DNA of 63,069 nt, the filler included, from Choristocarpus tenellus KU-1152 (lineage: Eukaryota; Protista; Phaeophyceae), in NCBI GenBank assembly GCA_964200185.2. It is 12 parts of 12 records of this genome, joined end to end, with 100 filler letters (N's around TTAATTAATTAA, not from the genome) between each part and the next. Parts side by side here need not be neighbours in the genome. Positions count along the whole stretch, not along the records: positions 1 to 7,092 come from CAXNAD020006715.1; positions 7,193 to 13,843 come from CAXNAD020007655.1; positions 13,944 to 16,742 come from CAXNAD020024649.1; positions 16,843 to 21,532 come from CAXNAD020013453.1; 8 more parts are not named here. One strand, given 5' to 3'. Under the pieces are notes generated by a model, which was given only the letters and a program-made list of their open reading frames with translations, did no database searches and was not told where the DNA came from. Shown in pieces: positions 1 through 17,125 of the stretch. Each line of letters begins with the position of its first letter. The stretch's first letter is position 1. Position numbers and translations under genes: made by a program.

Positions 1-30
1 CCCCTCCCCCTCCCCCCTCCCCGCCCTCAC

Positions 31-4311
<4,281 letters not shown>

Positions 4312-4559
4312 AGCTTTCCTCGGTCCACACCACCACAACAGTGGCAGCACCTGTAGTCCGATTTCCTTTAGTGTTGTCCACTTACCACTTCTACTCACAT
4401 TACATCAATGTTGGTAAATATTCACAGGCGGTTACAGCATTCACAAACGATGAAGATAAGGTTTCTACACTTATCAAGAAGGAGATATCCCAGAAGTGAG
4501 AAGGTATAAATCCTACAAGAGTTGTACCGTCATCACCCGCAACATAGCTGAAGTGAAGA
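4312..4559. promoter_or_regulatory. Putative bidirectional promoter region
   Basis: Only 248 nt separate the two divergent ATGs (4311 on minus, 4560 on plus). Confidence 0.5.
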
Positions 4560-6803
4560 ATGGCTCTCGCCGGGGCTGGTGCCGGTGCGGGGATTGCGAC
4601 AGGAGGCTTAGCTTTGAATCCTGGGATGTCGTTTGGGGGTAATGCTATGGCAACTCCCCAGGTGTTCAATAATTTCGGTTCAAGCTCTGGACCGACTCCG
4701 ATGCCTGCCTCTTCGGCCTCACAAGGGCCGGGAGGCGCTTTTGACCTTCGGTCGTGGGAGAAGAAGGATGATGATATCCTTGAAGACTTACACGCATGTT
4801 TAGGGGTGGACATTGGCACGTCGACCGTCAAGGTAAGGAAGAATCAGGGGCGAGTGGTGATGGGTTCGAAATTAGTTCTCCTCTTGGGAATTATTGGCTT
4901 AGTTTGTCTCCCACTAGGCTTAACTTTCACTGGTTTCGGAACTTTTAGTTGTGCGTGTCTACGGGTCCTCTCTCTTGTGTTTTGTTACGGTATGAACCTA
5001 TCCATTTTAAGTTGCCCTTGTGGGAGATGTGCGAAAGGAAACCGCATTTTGTTGTACAATTATCCCTGTTATACTACGAATCCCTAGTACCTTGTCGAGT
5101 TAAGGAATAGTCGGTGGGATGCAGATTTCCTTTTGCGGCGAAATTTGGTCGCATCACTCCTTGATGCGACTGAATGTGCACCATCCACACACATTGCGAA
5201 CTTCCCCTTCCATGGAAATAGCCTCGGAAAAGAAGATCGAAATGCCTTCACCCCTATGCAGATCTTCATATTGGCCAAGTTCTAACCTTTCCGTCTTGAG
5301 GCGTCCCCATGACCTTGACGTGCCCTCATTTCAGGCGTTTCTTTACCTTCGTGGCCTCGGCTGTAAGGACGTCATGGGCAAGGCCCCGAAGCCTGCCTCT
5401 ATTGTAGTTGACCCCAAGATTGGAGTGAAGGGGATTCGAAGGTATGAAAATTCTTCTCAAGTATTTATGGGACTGCAGGCCTGCAGAAGAAATTGATCAA
5501 TCATAAGACTTCGAAATTGACAAACCTTGTCCTTCATCCTGCCATAGACCTCGGAGAGGCCCCAATGACTGCAAGTGACTACCTCCACGATTCAAATTCC
5601 TCATGTAGGGTTTTGTTTTCTGAAATGTGGACACTCTCATGTGGAAGATAACATGAACAAGGAGCAGTGTGACATGTGTATGAAGATCAAACCACAGGTG
5701 TATGTCTTTTTGGCAAGTGCCATATGTCAGCCTATCCCTACCAACAGGTTGGCTCCACCCCACCCACTCCTTCTCGCCTCCCTCCCGCACAGATCAATTG
5801 GGATTGCACACTATCAATGTCGCTATAATTGCCGAAATAATCTCCCACTTCAGGTCATGCCCCAACTAACTTCAACCTCGCACAAGTGTGCTACCTCCGT
5901 CTATACCTGGCACCCTACTGTACATTTTGTTCTGTATCCTGGACCTGTCCTCGTCTATTATGTCACGACGGGATACTCTTTTTTTAATCTTGATGTGGTG
6001 TGGGTGGACTTTTTCAGGTGGCAAAAGCGCTCCGGTGATTCCAAGTCAATGCCCAAAGGCGTGTCAGTGTTCAAGGAGGAAGGACCAGGGTTACCGGTTG
6101 CTTGGGCCATGCGACTGCTGTCTCTTCGAGGGAAGGGGAAGGAGGCTCTAGACAGGGTCCGGGCAGCTTCAAACTTGGAGATCAGGTCTGTGACTTCTCG
6201 GGTTTGTGTCGCTGATGCAAGGTGTTGAGTGGATTAGAACGTGATGAGTGTGTGTTGTTTTTGTTTTTTTTCTGAAAACTTTTTTTTTTGGGGGGGGGGC
6301 GGGGGGTGGGGATAGGGGGGTACGATAGAAAAGAAGAAAAAAATAATGTCACAGGCTTCTTTTTTTTTTGGATGAAGGTGTATCTTCCTCTTGTGGTGTA
6401 TGAGCCCAGGCTCGCTCTACCTCCCTACCCCAACCTGTCTTGTCTTGTCCGCTGCCTGTGTCGACGTAGCGTTCTCCTCGAGAGCTCAACCCCCAAGTGT
6501 TTGTTGAGAGGTTACTGGCCTTGACCAACCAACCGCCCCGCCCCCTCAAGGACCTGATCTCACGAAATCGGCAGCGGTGCTCGCCCTGGAGAGTTATGCC
6601 ACAGATATTAATATGAGTAAACAAAAAAACCCACCTCCACCTCCACCTCCAGCGTGGCACCCGAGAACTCTGAGGACCCTGAAGATGAGGATACTGCTGG
6701 GGTTCGTGTGAAGGTGACGTCTCCCCTTGCGGCTGAGGAAAAAGACCAGTCGATTTGGCTCACAGTGGAGGAGGTGTTGGCGATACTGCTTGCCGGAGTT
6801 AAG
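4560..6803 (+). CDS. Divergent Hsp70/actin-fold ATPase family protein; 3'-partial
   Basis: Phase-compatible exons 4560-4832, 5335-5441, 6018-6185 and 6653-6803. Phosphate-1 motif LGVDIGTSTVK; WLTVEEVLAILLAGVK resembles the Hsp70 'fsPEEisamvL.kmK' helix. Confidence 0.7.
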
Positions 6804-7092
6804 GTCAGTCAGGGTTCAGTTCATCCATACCCCCCCCCACCCCCTCCCCTGCACCAACTTCTCCCTGCCCAACTTCCCTGGGTATGGGACCTTGATCTGT
6901 ACAGGGGTTAGGTATTTGGTACCGGGTCGGAGGGTTTGGTAGAGAAGGTGGAAGAGAATTGCGGATTGAATGAGGTTTAGGGGGTCTAAGTAGGGGGAGG
7001 GGGGGGAGGGGGGGGGGGGGGGTTAACGTGGTTTGATTTCTGTCTGGATGGGGGAAGGGGGGGGGTGGGGATTTGTTTTAGCTGTTGGGTTC

Positions 7093-7192
7093 NNNNNNNN
7101 NNNNNNNNNNNNNNNNNNNNNNNNNNNNNNNNNNNNTTAATTAATTAANNNNNNNNNNNNNNNNNNNNNNNNNNNNNNNNNNNNNNNNNNNN
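7093..7192. other. Artificial contig-joining spacer (N44-TTAATTAATTAA-N44)
   Basis: Identical 100-nt spacers at 7093, 13844, 16743, 21533, 25172, 28051, 35598, 43698, 46759, 56019 and 60048; the core gives stops in all six frames. Confidence 0.98.
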
Positions 7193-10100
7193 CCCCCTCC
7201 CTGGTGCTGGAGACAAAAGAACCCCCAAAGGCAACGCCTCCCTTCCCCTGTGTCATTGAAACCCTCATAACCGTTCCAACCGGGTCAGTAAGAGCCAAGA
7301 CAACAGCAAGTACCACTACTGTTAGTACTGCTGTCAGGGCTATAGGACCCAGTGCCTTTGGTCCCTGTACCGGTCCCTGTACTAGTCCCAGTCCTGCCCC
7401 AGAGTTACGCCCAGAGATACTCCCAGAGCAATCTTCCAAATCAACACTCTGTTGGACTGGTTGAAAACCTTCCTGACAACAACAGGACCAAGTGCAACTC
7501 CCCTCATCCAAGAGTACCAAGTTAGGCGATTGACTAAAACAACCTATGCACATACCCCTGTCCTCCTCCTTCTCCTGCTTCTCGTCCTCCTCCTCCCCAC
7601 TCCACCCCCCCCTCCCCGCATTTTCCTCCAGCTCAAGAGCAGCCCCATGGCCCCTCTTTGCCCCCTGACGGACACTCCCACCGCTTTGACTATGTTCAGG
7701 GTTAGACCAAGCCCCACAGCTCCACCTTCCTCCCCCCTGCCCCCCCCTCCTTCTCCTCCTCTGGATCAGAGAGAGACTAGTACCCAGGGATGACAAGCAC
7801 GCTGCACAGAGCACAAGTGCAGGACGGGTTGAGCGGAGAGGTCGAAGAGGTGGGGCATATTCGTATGCTACCAAGGACGCCTCCCATAACAACAGCAGGC
7901 AATACACCTGCCAGGTTGGGAAGTGGGGGAATCTGTCGAAGGGGGGGGGGAAATGATGGCAGAGGAGGCGGAGGATATGGGTAGGACCATTTCTGAACCT
8001 CTGACCAAAAGTGAACCCAACGTGGTAGAAGGCTATCAGAAGGTCAGGTTCTGGTTTGGTGAGAGTGGGGATGAGAGAATGTTTGGCCTATTGGGCTGTG
8101 GTTTGGGTTTGGAGGTTGACAAGTGCAGGGATTTGATGATGGGCTGCTCCACAAGTCTTACACCCCCATCTCAATCAACAGGTCTCTATTGCACTCAATT
8201 TTTCAAAGAGTATGAGCATAGTACACCTCCATACATACACTCCTCAAGAGAAAAAAATAATGCATCTAAAAATATCCTGACCTGTGTGCACGTGTGCCTA
8301 TTGTGATTCTCCTCCCCCAGCCTCAAGCACTATTCTTCTTCTTACTATTATTATTATTACTATTCAAATTACTTTGAAGAATTAATAGTAGAGTGTGAAT
8401 CAATTGACCGAGACAAGACAAAGATGTCGAAAAAAAATATGGTACAAAATCATTGGTACTGATAATATAAAAACAAAAATAAGATCGACCCCTCTCACCA
8501 CGCAGCCGTCTTGACCTCTCCCCCTTCCTATCTTCTCGAGGTCAATCCAAAGACATGGAATGAACAGTGCCATCATCATCACCTTTCAACAACCACAACA
8601 GTATTGATATCAATTTTCTTGTCCGAAGTTATTGGTCATTGATCCTTTAGAGCACTTTGGTGGGGAACACAGCGATACACTGTACTTTGGAATAGAGTGA
8701 CTCACTGGTGTAAATCAATAAATGACGGGCTGGATGGTCTCCGAGACTCAGGTCATGAACAGCACCACGGCAAAAACATCATCACACTAAACAATACCAG
8801 TAAGTCAGTGGGGAGAGAGGAAATGCTTGTTCTCACAACCCTGCCTGTGCTTGAGAAATAGTGCATTGCTCGCCTCCCAACTATACTGGAAAGATGGTAC
8901 ATAATGTACTGGGGGTAGAAGGGATAGGGTTTGGGCTAGGGCTAAGCAAACCTGTAGTGTTGCATACTACTAAACTGAAAACAATCCTCACCCAAATTCC
9001 TAACACTTATTAAAAATAATAATAATTGCAATGGCTATAACAATTAACAGCAAAAATAACAAATGTACCTAGAATAACAAGGGTATATCAGAGGAGGGTA
9101 CACGAGATCAGGCGTCTGACTACCTGTTTGGCTATTTGCTAGGGTTTGGGACATGTTACTCATCCAACCTCTGAAACCCTAACCCTAGCTCAAATCACTG
9201 TAATTAATAACATATTCAGTAAACGTGTAGTAGAAATACTGTACAGACAGTTAATGCTTGAACACGGAGCAACGCTCACGCACTCACTCATTCACTCACT
9301 CCCAGTACACTGAGAATTAATATTGACAGCATAGAGGTATATTCAAATGATCATCGTATAGGTGTATAAATGCCAAAAGTACACAAGTCACTACAACCTC
9401 CCCAGCATCCTTAACAATACAACTCCAACATCAACAGTACACAGGTGTACAAAAGCAGTAACAGAATAGAGGTGTACCAACCTTAGCAGTATACAGGCTT
9501 ATCAACAAATCAAGACTGTAGAGATGTTTCTACTTCTAGTGTGGTGTATGTTGGGAAAGGGGAGACAGCAGTGTCTGTGTACCTACAACTAAGACATAAG
9601 CCAAGGTTCAGGGGGTATCGGTAGAGTACAACAAACTTGACTTAACTCCAACCCTATAACCCTAACACCTTCAAGGGCAGGTTACTTCCGATAATAGCAC
9701 TGCCTATTTACCTAACAGTAGATCTCTACTGTTGCACAAACTTTGGGATCAAGTAGTAATGGCATATATGTTCTGGAGAGGGTAGATGGTTAGAGATCTA
9801 GGGAATGTGAGCAGGTCCAAGACATCGATAGACTTTAACTTTGCAAAATAGGAATGTAATATCAATAATAATATTGTTAAGAATAATACTACTGAGAACA
9901 GTTCTTATTATGACCTTGTTTCTATTGAACCATGGACTCAATTCCCTTGAGAAACAACAGTGGCGGAGCTCCATCTTTATAGAGAATTAAGAAACATGTA
10001 AAGAAGAAAATTGGAAAATTAATTTATTCATAATATATATATGGAAGGCATTCCTAGAAGACAAGGACATTGCTACGAGGGGTCATACAGGACCTTGAGT

Positions 10101-10562
10101 GTTAGGGTTCATTTTAGGCGTAATAAAAAGGACTAGAACAATATCATCATAGCACCATCAAACCCTAACCTCTACTAGCGTTGATTAAGCTCGACTACAA
10201 TACCCAGTGAGTGCTGTTGATACCAGCAAACAGCTAACACGCCTCCTAAGGGAAGATAAACGGTACTACTAATACCAGTGAGAGGTCAACAACAATGTAC
10301 TGGATTGGGGGATGCTCTCAGGGTTTAGGGTTAAGGATATAGACACAATAGTAGTGAGATGCACTAAGCAGAACAAGAATGCTGTCTCACCGATGGATGG
10401 ACAACAAACGCCTGGCAAGGCAAGAAAGCCAAGGATGCAGCCGCGATCATCAATGCTATCACCGCAAGCATGGGAGGGATTGCCGCTGCAATGCTTGTCC
10501 CAGCGCCCCAGGATATGACAGGTGATGCTTGGAGACAGCGCCTGAATAAAAAATAAAATATA

Positions 10563-10594
<32 letters not shown>

Positions 10595-12954
10595 TAATAA
10601 TGAGGACGTTCTGTGCACATGTGCCAAGCAGACAAATTTAGAGGTATGCATAATAAATGGAGTAATAAAGTGTATAGTATAATAAATACACTGTGGGTAT
10701 CTCAGAGTGGGGAGTTTCGCTGAAATGTTTCAATGCAGGCTATTGCAGGACAGACAGCACCGTCTTGTTGTCTGCATTGAAGCATTGCAGGCGAATTTTC
10801 ATACCTAGTATGTTATCATACCTAGTATGAATAAATATACAATAAAGTAATAAATAAGCAACAAAACACACAAATAAGCACCCACACACATACACAAGTA
10901 CAAACACACACACACACATATATATATATATCTGTAGGCAATCCTAAGACAAAAAGAAGACAGTGTTATACACACACCATACAGACTCTAAACTTGACAA
11001 TCATTACTGTAGAACCTAAATACATTACAAGCACACAGTCAATGCAGACTGACTGTGTACCCTTGAACTACTTACTAGTATCATAGTGTATACACAGAAT
11101 ACACGTATTCTATGAATACAAATACAAGCAAGGAAATGAGCTCAAACTACCTTCTCGTAAGAGGACAAGGTCCCAACATATGCTTATCACAACAATAAAA
11201 CAGCTCCCTCAGAGGCCATCCCCCTTCACGCAGGTGTAAAAAAACATTTACAATGACTAACCATCAACATGCCTTCCTATCAAGCATGAAACCCTACCCC
11301 CTTGCCCTTGCCTCCCTCTCTAGTACCCCAAACCTATTCCCCCAGAGACAACCCAACTTCAAGCATGACCCTACCTACTTCCACACCAAACGTCTCACCT
11401 ACATTGACCCTAACCCTAACCCTATCCTCAACCCCAACCCTAAGTGGCTATACATACCACACCGACATAACTGAGCACCAACCCTAACACTAACCCTAAC
11501 CCCCCAATTCTAAAAAAAAATCACCCATGAGTCTCTATTCATATTGCGCACCTGACCCCCCAAACTGTCACATCATCCTTCACCATAGCCCCAAACCTAA
11601 CCTTGAAAATGACCCTAACCCTATTCCTGACCGTGAACAAAAACCTGAAGCTAGCGACTGAGGCCCTAATGTTAACCTTAACCCTAACAACCCCCCCCAA
11701 AAAAAAAAAATCTGCAAACCCTGCCCCCACAATCTTACCTCACAAAAAATATATACATATATATACATAAAATCCTACCTGAAAGAAGTGACGAGGTTAC
11801 AGCAAATCACCCTTCGGAGAAGATCAGCAAATGAAAAAAAAATGGAAACACAACAAAGTCAGCAACACCTGGCTCTTGATACAAAACAAATACTCAAGAG
11901 AAAAAAATCAGCCCCCCCTTGTTGCTCTTGATTGAAAAAGCACAAATGTCCCTTTGGCAGTACGTAACGGTACCGTAATTAGTGTCCATCTCCTGTTCCA
12001 TTCGCCTACAAAGTGCAACTCCCTCAAGAAAATGTTATTTATTATTACGTTTTTTTTTTATTGCTACGTATTCTCACTCACTCTGTACCCCACCCCCTTC
12101 CTGTGTATGTCACTCACCACCCTGACCCTGTTTCTTAAACTCACCACCCGGAACTAAGTTGAACGCACCTTGCCACTGCAGTCCCCCTCCCCAAACCGCT
12201 GTTGCTATGCATTCCAATGGGTGACCATGATAGGCCCGTTGAAGGGGACGTAACGAGCATAGCTGTCAAGAACAACAGCCCTCCAAATGATAAGGACTCT
12301 GTAACACCCTCCAACCAAAACCACCAATGATCATAACAATCCTTGCAAGAGGAGCAGCGGCAGCAGTAGCAGCAGTAGCACCACCTACTGCCACTGATAC
12401 TGCTGAGGTTCCTTTCTTTTTTCCTTGTTCTCAACCTGTCCTCAAAATTTGCACTGTTCCAGGATCGTTCTTCGGCACTGCCAGCATCACTGGAGAGAGG
12501 AGTGTTCTTAGACTGCTCAGTTGGATGGAGAAGAAAAAGGGCCTCGTTGGCAGTTGATTGACCCTCAAGTGCCTCTTCCTCCTCCCCTTCCTCCTCCTGG
12601 TCTCCTTGTTTCTGTTCACTACAGAGCAGGTCAGCTGAGCATGTGGCCAAGGTAGCCCTCCCTTTGCCAATGGGCTCACCTCCTTCGGTACCAGGGGATA
12701 CTACAGGGCCCGGGGCTGGCCCCAAAGCCCTTGCTATAGAAGAGCCCCACCCCCTGCTTAGGGGCTTTCCTCCTTTGCTACAGGGCCGGACAGAGTCTGG
12801 GGCTGGCTCTGGATCCACCAATGGCCCTAGGGCCAACGCAACGGCTACAATGAGAAGAATTAGAGCCAGCAGGGACTTGTGCCAGGGGGCCAAAGGTGGC
12901 AGTAGGTTTGAGGCAAAGCGTAGAAGCAGGTTCAGATGGTTACCTACAAGGAGG
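7193..12954 (-). CDS. Multi-exon multipass membrane protein, partial; weak resemblance to a Patched/NPC1 sterol-sensing region
   Basis: Phase-compatible exons ~12954-12169, 10541-10391, 8582-8516 and 7801 to the contig end, with several hydrophobic segments. MMMALFIPCLWIDLEKIGRGR loosely resembles the end of the NPC1 SSD. The family call is tentative and an exon may be missing. Confidence 0.5.
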
Positions 12955-14799
12955 CTATTGTCCCCCCCCCCCCACACACACACACAAAAATAACCACACA
13001 ACACAAATATCAGGCAATAGTGGGAGAAGGGCAATGATGTTGTAAGTTTGTAATGACGTGCATATTGTTCATCATCCACAACAATAACAGAAAGATTTCC
13101 AAAAGATAAGTCACACTACCTAAAATTCCTGGGTATGGGCTAATTCCTAGGTACAGAAAAAGGTATGGCAAATGAAGATAGAAGTGGGGGGGGGAGAGGG
13201 AGGGGGAGAAGATGATGGGTTGAGGGTGAGTGAGTGCACAGGTGAGGTGGGTTTAAGATATTTTGAAAATGAGAAAAACTTGTGGCATACGTAGTGGGGG
13301 GAAGAGAGGGTTGAGGTGTCAATAAGTATGTACATTTACATGTCTCAACCTGTACTTGGTTCCATACTGGTTCTTACTTTTTCGGTTGAAATAAAAAAGA
13401 GAGATGGTACTGTTACCGATGGTTGGAGTTGTACTAAGGTGACAGAGAGGTGTGTACCAGTAGAGGCTGAGGCCAAGAGACAATGTCTACATTTTGACTC
13501 TTTTAACATATATTTATATATATATATATATTTCACATTTTGACTCTATTAACATGTATTTTTAAAACAAAACACCATTTCATTGGCAATATGAGTACAT
13601 CAAGAGGTACCACTGCTGCAAGCACATGGTATCATAGGGTTAGGGCTAGGAGATTGTTCTCAATCAAGGGTATGAGAAACAGATGGTGCAGTGTATTTTA
13701 TTACTTACCTGCAGTAAATTAATATTAATTTTGTTATAAAACACGAAACTCACAATAAGAAACACACACACACAATGGGATCCATTAAAAAAAAAAAAAC
13801 TAGAAAAAAAACAGAAAAAAAAAAAAAAAAAAAAAAGAAAATANNNNNNNNNNNNNNNNNNNNNNNNNNNNNNNNNNNNNNNNNNNNTTAATTAATTAAN
13901 NNNNNNNNNNNNNNNNNNNNNNNNNNNNNNNNNNNNNNNNNNNGGGGTCTACACCAGGGTGTCCACTTGGGTCATAATCAGGAAGAGTGCATTTACATTA
14001 TCCATCCGACTTATGCAACCAAATCACCAAAAAATCGCGACATGAAAAAATTGACCTCAAATGGACAGAAGCCACTCCCCCCCAAATGCTTTGACCCCGA
14101 TTTTGTGGCTGTGGACATGAAGAAGAGAAAGGCTAAGCACAAGGAATATTTCCAAACGCACATGACACTATTTGTATGCTTTGAAGTGTATATTTGCTAT
14201 GTGCTACTTACCCTGCTGCATTTCTGTTGCTAAAAAAACACGGCATTACATACTACACTACGCTTGTTCCTACAATAACTTGTTGGGACACATTTGTTTT
14301 TTCCTCCTTCGTAGGGCTTGCAAAGGGGCATGGAAACAGTAAACGGCCTGCACCCAGTCAACTCTCTTTTCATTGCAGCAAGGCGATAAGATACTGCAGG
14401 CGAACTAATGCTAACCGTAACTTTGGCAGCCCACAAATATATATACAGGCAACTATGAGTCAAAGCATTTAAGAGGGTAGGTCCACGTCTGTTTGGGGTT
14501 CAAAATCCAATGTTGCGATTTTCATGTAGTCTTCCCAATCATGTTTGTTAACATGTGTCGATATCCTTGATCCGGACATACCTCTCGTAGTCGTATCCAT
14601 ATTTTCGGAAATGTTTCGAAAACCGAAAAAGGACATAAAAGATCCGTGGGAAGCCAAGCCCCGAAGGGACAAGCACGGCAAAGCTCCCACCCACTTATGT
14701 GCTTTGGGTCTATCCCAAAACAGTAAGAAGGAAGGGATGGGGCACGTGGAACAAGGGATGCAGAGCAGGGGAGATACATTGCATGTTGGTTGTTCTTGC

Positions 14800-16330
14800 C
14801 TGCGGCTGGTGGTTGGGAATGATTGGGTCATTCTGGCTGACCACCTCCCCCCAAATCTCATCCCCCCACCCCAGATGTAGTTGGTCAGCTTCGTATGACA
14901 CATCTTGCACCTCCTCGGCAACCACATCCTCCATCCTTTACGGAACCGGTGCACAAACACAAATGGGTGAAAGGGGAGGGAGAGGAGGGAGAGCGAACAT
15001 TGTATTATACTGAATGAACTGTCATGTGAGTTGTGAGGTGCAGCTTGAAATCACTGGCTATACAATGTTGGAATAGCATCTATAGCAAACCTTCCAATAA
15101 TCAAGGCGATCCCTTCATCCCAACTGTTCAGCAATGAACCATCAACCCACCTCTTCGAGCTATAAGCCAAGTGTGTTAGTTCTTGAACCATTTACACACA
15201 TTTGTTTTGTCAACCATTGCTTAGTGTGATCATCCTCCTCTGGAACGTGAATGATCTAGATAATCAATTTTTGATAGAAAATTGTGACTAAGTGCAGCGC
15301 TGCAATACCGATGGACTTATGGGCTGCTATATTCAGAGTGATACACGGTTCTATCAGATCGTTTTGAGGAGTAGAGCGCTAACCCACCATGAATACCAGG
15401 CTTGCCCTCCCCACCTGGGTGAACCTTTGCCCCCTACCTTGAAATGGGTTGATTTTACTTGGTCAAGACCTGGATGAGCAGATTTCATTTCTTTTGCAGC
15501 AACACATTGCTTTGATACAAGACATACGAGAAAAAAAAATTCAATTTATTTAGACCCCAAAACGTTGGGCCAGGTCGAGTTATCCCTTTGCTGCTGAATA
15601 TCGAGAACCTTGGTGCTACTTGTGTCCAACAAAGGGCAGAGGGAATAATCAAATGTACACACAGTAACTGCACAGTTGTCACTACTACCGATATGTGAAC
15701 TCACACAAAGTATTTGACTGGCGTCTTACCTGCCTGCCTGTCCGTCCACAACTAGTTCCCTTCGAGATCTCCAAGCAGAACCAAGTACTCTTAACACACA
15801 GCAGCATGTCGAAACAAATTCACTTCCAGTGGTGAAAGCAACAAACTCTACATACAGCAAAGGTCATACGGTTATCCGTGCATTGATCTGTACAGTATTT
15901 TGAGTATTTGCATCTATGCATTGGCTCGAGAGTTTGCATCTGAACATGGTCAATAAATTTATGGGGATAAACTATGTAGTATATATTTGAACTTTTTCGT
16001 AGCCATCTACTCTCCACTACTTCCAAGAGCAATCCACACCTACCCTGCTAGAGCTCCACACAATGGACGTATGTACCCTACGTCTACCGCTCTACAGCTC
16101 TATAAAGGGACAAGCAGGCAATGGCTGACATCATAAGCTACTGGCACAAAAGAGGGCACACCGGCATGAATAGTTCCATGCTGTCCTGTACTCGGTATGA
16201 GCATACCACACTTAAGCATTTCAAGTGTGCATACAACTCACTGCTTAAAGATCCTCAGGGCCCTGGCACTGATCAGCGAGTCTCTATACATGTCAGCTGC
16301 TATCTGTTTATCGATCGCGATTTCCTGCGA
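14800..16330 (-). CDS. Fragments of a multi-exon hypothetical protein
   Basis: Exon-like blocks EIAIDKQIAADMYRDSLISARALRIFK, LDQVKSTHFKVGGKGSPRWGGQAWYS and WMEDVVAEEVQDVSYEAD, bounded by AG and GT/GC; the exon chain is only partly resolved. Confidence 0.35.
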
Positions 16331-16842
16331 TTTTCGGTCAATGGAAACAGCAAGCAAGGCAGGCCAAGATTGGGCATGCATGAAATAATATATTCAGTGC
16401 ATGCTAAACATAGTGCATGCATTGGGGGTGGAGGGAGAAAGGAGGGGGTTAATGTGTGTGTGTGCCATAGGTATTGTCGAGATGTGTGTAGACTGTTGCA
16501 GTGCAGAGGTCTGAGATCCAAAATATGATGGAATGTTGTGCAGAGTTCTTGGTATTGAAAGAGGGAGCGAGAGGGATGATTTGGACTATCATTGTGTCTT
16601 TTTGTCCTTGCAGTATCAGCATCTGTTCTGAGACATGTTTGAAAGCCCTCTTGCGATTGGCCAAGGTAAAGAGCTGAGTGAAACTATCTTAGAGGGTACG
16701 AATTCTTCCCTGTTTGTCCATTTGTGGGGCTTGGCTTCCCATNNNNNNNNNNNNNNNNNNNNNNNNNNNNNNNNNNNNNNNNNNNNTTAATTAATTAANN
16801 NNNNNNNNNNNNNNNNNNNNNNNNNNNNNNNNNNNNNNNNNN

Positions 16843-17125
16843 CTGGAAGAACGTGGTGGTGACTAGCACAGAGGACCTGGTGAAGAGACCACAATGGAGC
16901 CATTTGGATGTTTACCCCTGGGAGACACTAGAGCACATACGACATAGTCTATTTGCAGTCTACGATGAAGTACTGGGATCCAAGGGTGAAACCATCCTCA
17001 AAATTCCCCATCTTAGCAAGGAAAGGGCGGAGAAAGTGGGCAAGTTCTCCCCGAATGGCCTGGTGGATGCAGCTAAATACCGTACTGGAATGAAGTTTTG
17101 GAGGGCTTCGGGAGCGGAATCATAG
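16843..17125 (+). mobile_element. Tc1/mariner (plant/oomycete-type, DD39D-like) transposase C-terminal relic
   Basis: YPWETLEHIRHSLFAVYDEVLGSKGETILKIPHLSKERAEKVG matches the 'yp.e.l...f.tL..v..eil...GgN.ykiPH..K' C-terminal signature. Confidence 0.6.

Noticed and set aside
7137-7148. TTAATTAATTAA recurring 11 times as a biological repeat
   Set aside because: Always centred in exactly 44+44 Ns; it is an assembly concatenation linker
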